From NCBI RefSeq assembly GCF_001194135.2, contig NC_069004.1:1459604-1520281 (forward strand): a DNA stretch of 60,678 bases. Direction: 5' to 3'. The stretch comes from Octopus bimaculoides (taxonomy: Eukaryota). How positions within the stretch are numbered: the stretch's first letter is position 1; every line of letters begins with the position of its first letter. Of the stretch, positions 52,279 through 60,678 are shown piece by piece. The position numbers and the translations under genes were made by a program. Under the pieces are notes generated by a model. It saw nothing but the letters and a program-made list of their open reading frames with translations, made no database searches and had not been told where the DNA came from.

Positions 52279-52318
52279 GGCCATGACGAACGGAAATAGC
52301 CCTGAAACTCGAGTCGCC
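52279..52318 (+). ncRNA. Minimal type-I hammerhead motif with a 1-nt core lesion
   Basis: ggc C(a)TGACGA acgg aaatag ccct GAAA CTCGA GTC^ gcc: stem I ggc/gcc, stem II with one mismatch, perfect palindrome ACTCGAGT as stem III. Confidence 0.65.
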
Positions 52319-53125
52319 TTTATATATATATATTTATATTTATATATTTATATATTTGATCCTTTATATTGAACACTCAATATTTCATCTACATTCAATA
52401 CTTTCTTTCATGGTGCCATCCATTTTTATTTTATTTTATTTTATATTGTATATTGTATATCATATTATATATTGTATATTCCATATTCTATACCCCACAT
52501 TAGTTCTGCGGGAATATAAATAAAACATAAAAAACAGACAGTGTTGGAACTCTTTTAAGCAAAATAATATATTCCTCTATACACAATCATACAAAAAACC
52601 CCACCTTTTTTGTATTTATTTTTACTCGCATATATATNNNNNNNNNNNNNNNNNNNNNNNNNNNNNNNNNNNNNNNNNNNNNNNNNNNNNNNNNNNNNNN
52701 NNNNNNNNNNNNNNNNNNNNNNNNNNNNNNNNNNNNNNNNNNNNNNNNNNNNNNNNNNNNNNNNNNNNNNNNNNNNNNNNNNNNNNNNNNNNNNNNNNNN
52801 NNNNNNNNNNNNNNNNNNNNNNNNNNNNNNNNNNNNNNNNNNNNNNNNNNNNNNNNNNNNNNNNNNNNNNNNNNNNNNNNNNNNNNNNNNNNNNNNNNNN
52901 NNNNNNNNNNNNNNNNNNNNNNNNNNNNNNNNNNNNNNNNNNNNNNNNNNNNNNNNNNNNNNNNNNNNNNNNNNNNNNNNNNNNNNNNNNNNNNNNNNNN
53001 NNNNNNNNNNNNNNNNNNNNNNNNNNNNNNNNNNNNNNNNNNNNNNNNNNNNNNNNNNNNNNNNNNNNNNNNNNNNNNNNNNNNNNNNNNNNNNNNNNNN
53101 NNNNNNNNTATATATATATATATAT

Positions 53126-53174
<49 letters not shown>

Positions 53175-53883
53175 GTATGTATGTATGCCTGCATATAATA
53201 TACATACATGGCTTGGTTCAGCCAATGGTTATTCATGTACGAGTGCTTATGTACGCAGCTATACATACACACATGCATACATCATGTGTATAGATACGAG
53301 TGTATACTATGTGTTGTTCAATGTATGCATATGCGTTTGTCTGTGTTCATCATATATGTTTGATGTGTGTCATACTGTGTACAGGTAGTTTGTGCATACA
53401 TCTATGACTGCATGCATATATATATATACATATGTATATATATATGTATATATATATATATAATGTACAGTGTACACGCGTGGTTATGTGTGTATCCCTG
53501 CGTGGGAGAGATTATGTGTACATGTGTAGTGTGTGTATGTGTGTGTGTGTGTGTATGTGTGTATGTCTGAGAGTGTGTTTATGTGCGTGTGTTGCTGTCG
53601 TGTGTATGTGTGTATGCGACTGTGTGTAGAATTTTCTCAATTATGTAGAATCATTGAATAAGCTGGGAGCATGGTTGTGCGAGCAAGCTCTCTGATTGGT
53701 TGCCTCGTTCTCACTTTTGGCCAGGCACATTTTTTTTCCTTTCTTTTTTTCTCTCCTTATATTGCATTCAAGCTATCCGGCTATTACCACAAATGAACAA
53801 CCCCCTCGGATATTTCACACACTCAAACACACACACACACATACACACACACATAGTCATATATCTACTTATGTATGCTTATT

Positions 53884-53914
<31 letters not shown>

Positions 53915-53986
53915 TCCATTCTAACATATTTCGAGCTGCAATAGTATGAAGCTATATCTCCCCCACTCTTTCCAACACCACACACA

Positions 53987-54055
<69 letters not shown>

Positions 54056-54223
54056 ACTTAAACTCAGGCATCTCATTCTGTTTCTCCTTCACACTTTCTC
54101 ACACACACGCACATTCACGCACACACACACGCAAGAACTCACGCCCTCCCCACCACCCTCTTCTCACAAACAGATTTATTAATTAATTTACACAAACATC
54201 TTAGCCCGTTATTAGCAATCTGT

Positions 54224-54256
<33 letters not shown>

Positions 54257-54588
54257 CGATGACAACGACAACGACGACGACGATGATGATGACGATGATG
54301 ATGACGATGATGATGGTGATGCTGGCTGTCTTGGTGTTGGTACTGGTGATCTTTTAGTAAGCAAGTGTTTTGCAGAAGTGGGCAAATTTGTTCAAAGTCC
54401 TAAGCTATCCGCCAAATAAATACATTGTTGTGTATAGATAGAGAGACTAGTAGCAACTTGTCAATTTTCTATGTTCCTCTCGTGTGTGTGTATATATCTA
54501 TATATCTATATATATGGAACCTTTTCTGAAATTTGCTGTTACGTTTAGTTTATACACATACACACGTACGTATGCATGTACTGATGTA

Positions 54589-54626
<38 letters not shown>

Positions 54627-54699
54627 GTGTAATATGTCTGTATATTTGCTTCGTGTGTAGAAGTGGTTTATGATGCTTGCCTATGTGCATACATGTTCG

Positions 54700-54747
<48 letters not shown>

Positions 54748-55103
54748 CTTCTATCAATGTACGTATATGTAGATGTACATGAATGCATACACACACATTA
54801 ACGCATTCTTCAGCTGTTTACACTGCATTTCCATATTTACACTAAACCTAACACACACACACACACACACACGCGCGCGCACACACATACATATACATAC
54901 ATTCATATGTATACACACGCATACATAGAAATACAACCATATATATATATAAATGTAAACACAAGCCTATATATATATACATGCATTGATATATACAACT
55001 ATACACAATATACACGCTTATACATGCAAACACATTCTAATATATACGCACATACCTACACAGGTACATTTATACACACCAATACACACACACACAATAT
55101 ATA

Positions 55104-55146
<43 letters not shown>

Positions 55147-55409
55147 AGACATGAATATCTATATAGATGTATAGACATGCAGCTATAGACACACAGATGT
55201 TTATTTACATCCGCATGTATGTATATTTGTGTGTATCTGTATATTTGAATGTGTATATACGCGTGTATCTACACAACACAATATATATATACATATATAT
55301 ACTTGCAAAAACACACACAGACACCCTCACACAAAATCACATACACGCATCTGCAAACAAACACGCAATATACATACACAAACACACACACACACACAAA
55401 ACCACTTGC

Positions 55410-55635
55410 AGCGTGGGAGCCCCTAAGTAGCTGTTTGACCTGCTAGAAAGAGCTGCAAGTCTCCCTCAAAACACAGGTGGTCTGGTCTTAAAAGAAATGA
55501 CAGACACATTGAATATTACAGTCATATGTATCCCAATAAAATGTGTTGGTCGTGGTTGGATTGCCTATGATTACACGTCTGCTCCATCGGGTGTAACCTG
55601 GGGTTAAACAACAGCAGCAACAACAACAACAAGCA
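55410..55635 (+). mobile_element. Family D SINE-like repeat with (AAC)n tail
   Basis: gagcccc..gacctgctagaaagagctgcaagtctccctcaaa..ggtcgtggttgga..gtctgctc..gtaacctggggttaaacaacagcagcaacaac. Confidence 0.75.
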
Positions 55636-57729
55636 CTGCCTAGGTATGTAGGTGGTGTGTGTATGCTTGTGGTATACTTATGTATATGAGTGTATACACA
55701 CACACACATATAGTGGTGTGTGTGTGTGTGTGTGTGTCTAGTGGTGTATGTAGGGGCATGTGTGTGTGTGCGTGCGTATCTGGGGTGGGTGTATATACGC
55801 ATATGTGTGTATATATATATATATGTATATATATATGCGTGTTCGCGCGCTTATCTGGAGGCATGTAGTTGAAGGGGTGACGGTTGAGGTGGCTGTAGAC
55901 AGGTGGTGGTGGTGGTGTGTGTGTGTGTGTGTGTGACACATTGCAAGAGTATCTACTATCACAACAACAATAACAACAACAACAACAACAACGAAACACC
56001 TGTAGCAACAACAAACCACAAGTGCGTGAGCAACAAGGACAAGAACAACATGAAGCACGTGAGCAGCAGTAACAACAACAACAACAACAACAACAACCAC
56101 AGCAACCACATCAATATTGAAAATATATTCTACTATTTCTACTACTACTACTACTATACTACATCGGTGCTACAAGATGTATTCTACCGCCGCCGCCGCC
56201 GCCACCGCCGCCTCCGCCGCCACCCCCATCCCCATCTCANNNNNNNNNNNNNNNNNNNNNNNNNNNNNNNNNNNNNNNNNNNNNNNNNNNNNNNNNNNNN
56301 NNNNNNNNNNNNNNNNNNNNNNNNNNNNNNNNNNNNNNNNNNNNNNNNNNNNNNNNNNNNNNNNNNNNNNNNNNNNNNNNNNNNNNNNNNNNNNNNNNNN
56401 NNNNNNNNNNNNNNNNNNNNNNNNNNNNNNNNNNNNNNNNNNNNNNNNNNNNNNNNNNNNNNNNNNNNNNNNNNNNNNNNNNNNNNNNNNNNNNNNNNNN
56501 NNNNNNNNNNNNNNNNNNNNNNNNNNNNNNNNNNNNNNNNNNNNNNNNNNNNNNNNNNNNNNNNNNNNNNNNNNNNNNNNNNNNNNNNNNNNNNNNNNNN
56601 NNNNNNNNNNNNNNNNNNNNNNNNNNNNNNNNNNNNNNNNNNNNNNNNNNNNNNNNNNNNNNNNNNNNNNNNNNNNNNNNNNNNNNNNNNNNNNNNNNNN
56701 NNNNNNNNNNNNNNNNNNNNNNNNNNNNNNNNNNNNNNNNNNNNNNNNNNNNNNNNNNNNNNNNNNNNNNNNNNNNNNNNNNNNNNNNNNNNNNNNNNNN
56801 NNNNNNNNNNNNNNNNNNNNNNNNNNNNNNNNNNNNNNNNNNNNNNNNNNNNNNNNNNNNNNNNNNNNNNNNNNNNNNNNNNNNNNNNNNNNNNNNNNNN
56901 NNNNNTGAATGCTTGCTTTTACTAGCAAAACAACTACGACGAGATAGTTTGTTTTTTTTTGCTTTAATTAGCAAATCTTTCCCGATCCGGCGACACAGCT
57001 GATAACTGCATATCTATCTATCTATCTATTCTTATGTTGGAAATACTTTTGAAGAAAGTAAATGAGAGAGAAATTGCTTGTGCATACGCGCGTAAATGAG
57101 GAGTGATGTTGATAGAAAGAAAAAAAAGTGAAAATGGAAAAAAGAAACGTGTTTAACGATTTAATATGTAATGATTTTAATCCGCTATTTTTACCTTTGC
57201 TTTTATTATATTTATTATTATTTAGCGTTTTGCTGTTGTAATTAATGTTTTCGCTTTCTTTCCTGGAAAAAAAAAGACAAAAAAAGAAAAGAAAAAAGGC
57301 AAAGCCGAGTTGGAACAGTTCGATGTTCAATGACTTTCACTTTCACTTTGAAATGACAAAAATATCACTGGAGGGATGGGGGCTCATCTCTGTAGCATTG
57401 CATACACACATATAGTTAACTACAAACACACACACGCACACACGCATATATATAGAATTTTTTGTTAGTATATCAATACCTCCCTGTCACCTCCCCAAGC
57501 GGAAACGCTTGGCACAGGTTGGAAATTGCTGGTTAAAATGTTTTGCGAGACTCAGCTCACTAAATGGCTTGAAAAACTCTTACGACAACATCACTTTGAA
57601 AAGCCAACAAGGGTTGCCGCCAACGCTGTTTGCGTTTTCGCTTGCTTGCCAGTGCAGATCGTGAGAGGCACGAAGCGGCGACGGTAGCGGCGGCGGTGGT
57701 GGCGGAGGAGAAAGGCAAACCCTTTCGTT

Positions 57730-57790
57730 TAAACGCAGTTATGATACCAACTTCAAGAAATTGGTCTTAATAAGTTCTTGAAATATCGCC
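57730..57790 (+). pseudogene. Possible pogo-family transposase N-terminal relic
   Basis: KRSYDTNFKKLVL resembles pogo RRSY.A.FKL.V; very short. Confidence 0.3.
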
Positions 57791-58706
57791 AGCATTTTGG
57801 AATGAAATGTTCAAAGAAAAAAATAATGGGGAAGAAAAATACAACAACAATATTTAGATTTCAATCATATGTATTATATATATGTCTTTTGTGTTAATGC
57901 TTCTTTTTATTAATATTGTTTTTACTTCTTCTTTCTCGACGTGTGTGCCACTTAGCAATACCATTTGGACTCTACCCAGGGAATCACGACTGGAAAAATC
58001 GGTTTACATAAAAATACTTCGCCGCATCAGCACGCACTGGCACTCGCACACGCGCACGTATCCGCACTCGCACCCGATCTCCACATACCCGCACAGGCAC
58101 TTACCCACACTAGCACACATGAACACACACACACACACACACACACGCTTGTACGAGCACTTACTCTCACGAGCATACACCCGCGCCACCTCACATTTCA
58201 TACGTTGCCGCCCTGGCATACCACCCACACACACACTCATTCACACTCGCACCTGCTCGAGCGTAAGCACACACACGCATGCACGCGCGCGCGCGCACCA
58301 GCGAGCACCCGTTCAGAAAAACACAACAAGAACATCGATATGCACGTGGATATATATACGAATGTGCTCATTCAGCCATAGATTTATACAAACACACACA
58401 CACACACGTACATATATACATACATATACATATATACATACACACAAACACATATACATCCACACATATCAACAGACAAACATATATAAACATCCATTCA
58501 TATTATATACACGTTCATTCATGTATATATGCAGATATATATATATACATTCATTCATATATCCATATATTATATACACATACATATACTCACATATACA
58601 CATATCTACATACATTCATATATATATATATGTATATATATACGTACACCTTCACTCCCATAGATATACGCATTCACACACTTGTATACATATATTCACA
58701 TAGATT

Positions 58707-58745
<39 letters not shown>

Positions 58746-58935
58746 ATAATCTAATACAGTTGATCGAAGCATCAGTGCTACCTGAAACACAAAGGACAAT
58801 ACGATAACAACAACAACAACAACATCATCACAAATTTGTTCATACCCGCTCACACACTCACACATCACATGCAAACACACATACACTCATACCCACATAT
58901 ACACACTCATACATACCTAAGTATACGCAAATGCC

Positions 58936-58968
<33 letters not shown>

Positions 58969-59025
58969 CTTATATAAAATATATATCTTATACATATCTT
59001 GTATATATATAAATATATATCTTAT

Positions 59026-59056
<31 letters not shown>

Positions 59057-59484
59057 NNNNNNNNNNNNNNNNNNNNNNNNNNNNNNNNNNNNNNNNNNNN
59101 NNNNNNNNNNNNNNNNNNNNNNNNNNNNNNNNNNNNNNNNNNNNNNNNNNNNNNNNNNNNNNNNNNNNNNNNNNNNNNNNNNNNNNNNNNNNNNNNNNNN
59201 NNNNNNNNNNNNNNNNNNNNNNNNNNNNNNNNNNNNNNNNNNNNNNNNNNNNNNNNNNNNNNNNNNNNNNNNNNNNNNNNNNNNNNNNNNNNNNNNNNNN
59301 NNNNNNNNNNNNNNNNNNNNNNNNNNNNNNNNNNNNNNNNNNNNNNNNNNNNNNNNNNNNNAGAAACATCCATTACTACAAGCCCTGAATGAATTTCAAA
59401 TCGCTGGAATTGGTACTGGGAGGGCGGGGAAAGAAAAAGAGAAAGAAAACACCACCACCACCACTACTGTTGCTGCTGCTCTGG

Positions 59485-59539
<55 letters not shown>

Positions 59540-59967
59540 CACTACTACTACTGCTGCTGCTGCTGCTTCTGTTGCTGCTGCCGTCAGAACCAACACTGAC
59601 TTCGACCAGAGCGGATGAACAACGAACGGCTTGGTTCATTCTTCAGAAACGGTGAATAAAGAAGTCAGAATGTTTGAGAAGATTTCGAATTGAACTGCGA
59701 TGGATGGAAGAAATGACGGAGGTTTATCCAGAGACGACATTTTCAGTCTGTTGCTGCAACAACTGGTGCTGGTGCTGCTGCAATTAACGCTGCTAATAAT
59801 GTTGCTGTTGATGATGATGATGATGATGATGATACTGCTGGTGGCTGCTGCAGTCACTGTCCCCCGTACTAACATTTCTTTAAACGGTGTTGTGCGTGAG
59901 ACAGCGACCGCAGAAGCTAACCACATTCGCCAAATCATCAGCTTTGAAACCGAACCAACAAAGAAAA

Positions 59968-60015
59968 GAGCCCTTCGATCGACCGGCTAGAAATAGCAGC
60001 TAAACCTCTTTCAAG
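59968..60015 (+). mobile_element. Family D core fragment
   Basis: gagccc..tcgaccggctagaaatagcagctaaacctctttcaa. Confidence 0.6.
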
Positions 60016-60432
60016 TAACACTCTAACGTCCTTTTTTTAAGTTCTATAGGCGAAACAGCATCTGACATGAGATTTACCAAAGATGAAGAAGAAATAGCTT
60101 GGCTGCTTGAGAATTGGTCAAAGGAATTTTGTGTCTTGGAGAAAATGGTGAGCAGTAGATGCTGGAAACAAGCGCAAACGATTAGGCAAGACCAACGAAC
60201 AGCGACAAAGAGACGAGAACGATGACATTGTGTCATCAGTTGCCAAAATTTGACATGTTAGCGCCAAAGAATTGCATATTGCTGCCAAAGATTGGCTTCA
60301 TAGTGCCAAATATTGCCATTGTATTGCCAGAGAAGATGACAAAGAAGAAAGAAGCGTTTAAAAAGAATGACTTAAATGAAGAAATTCCATTAAGAAGTTA
60401 GTCGACATTTGATCTTTCTGTATAAAAGAAAA

Positions 60433-60510
60433 TTCTGTCTGTCTTCATCTGTCCTGTCTGTCTTCGTCAGTCCTGTCTGTCTTCGTCAGTCCTGTCTGTC
60501 TTCGTCTGTC
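60433..60510. repeat. 19-bp minisatellite (tcctgtctgtcttcgtcag), about 3-4 copies
   Basis: Two exact units plus flanking variants. Confidence 0.85.
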
Positions 60511-60646
60511 ATCTGTCATCATCATCTGTCCAACGTGTCTTTGTCATTCTTCGTCTGACTTTCAGCCCATTTCTTTTTTTTTTTCTCTTCATACTCGTGT
60601 GTGTATTTGTGTATGTAAGCGTGTGTATGTACGTGTGAATATATAT

Positions 60647-60678
<32 letters not shown>

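Noticed and set aside
59700-59990. ORF with signal/TM-like hydrophobic stretch (MDGRNDGG...)
   Set aside because: Hydrophobicity comes from (CTG)/(ATG) repeats; no splice or homology support.

Overview
Eukaryotic, AT-rich, microsatellite-saturated non-coding DNA with about 19 assembly gaps (roughly 6.8 kb of N, mostly flanked by (TA)n). Repeat style and SINE sequences point to an octopus/coleoid genome (recognised from memory, not searched). No confident protein-coding gene is present: nearly all ORF-track entries are microsatellite or N artefacts. Supported content: many tRNA-derived SINE copies (families A and B, my labels) and two other SINE-like dispersed repeats (D, E); two decayed Tx1/L1-clade LINE fragments; several decayed Penelope-like element (PLE) fragments; a decayed mariner with a 5' TIR; and small minisatellites. 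Most interesting: (i) four dispersed minimal type-I hammerhead-ribozyme motifs of the PLE kind, each with a different palindromic stem III; (ii) an unexplained 100-bp near-perfect palindrome at 51543-51642; (iii) a diverged array at 42554-43315 with alternating long and short units; (iv) two RFX X-boxes near a CpG-rich patch with a possible first coding exon, plus a few other weak candidate exons.
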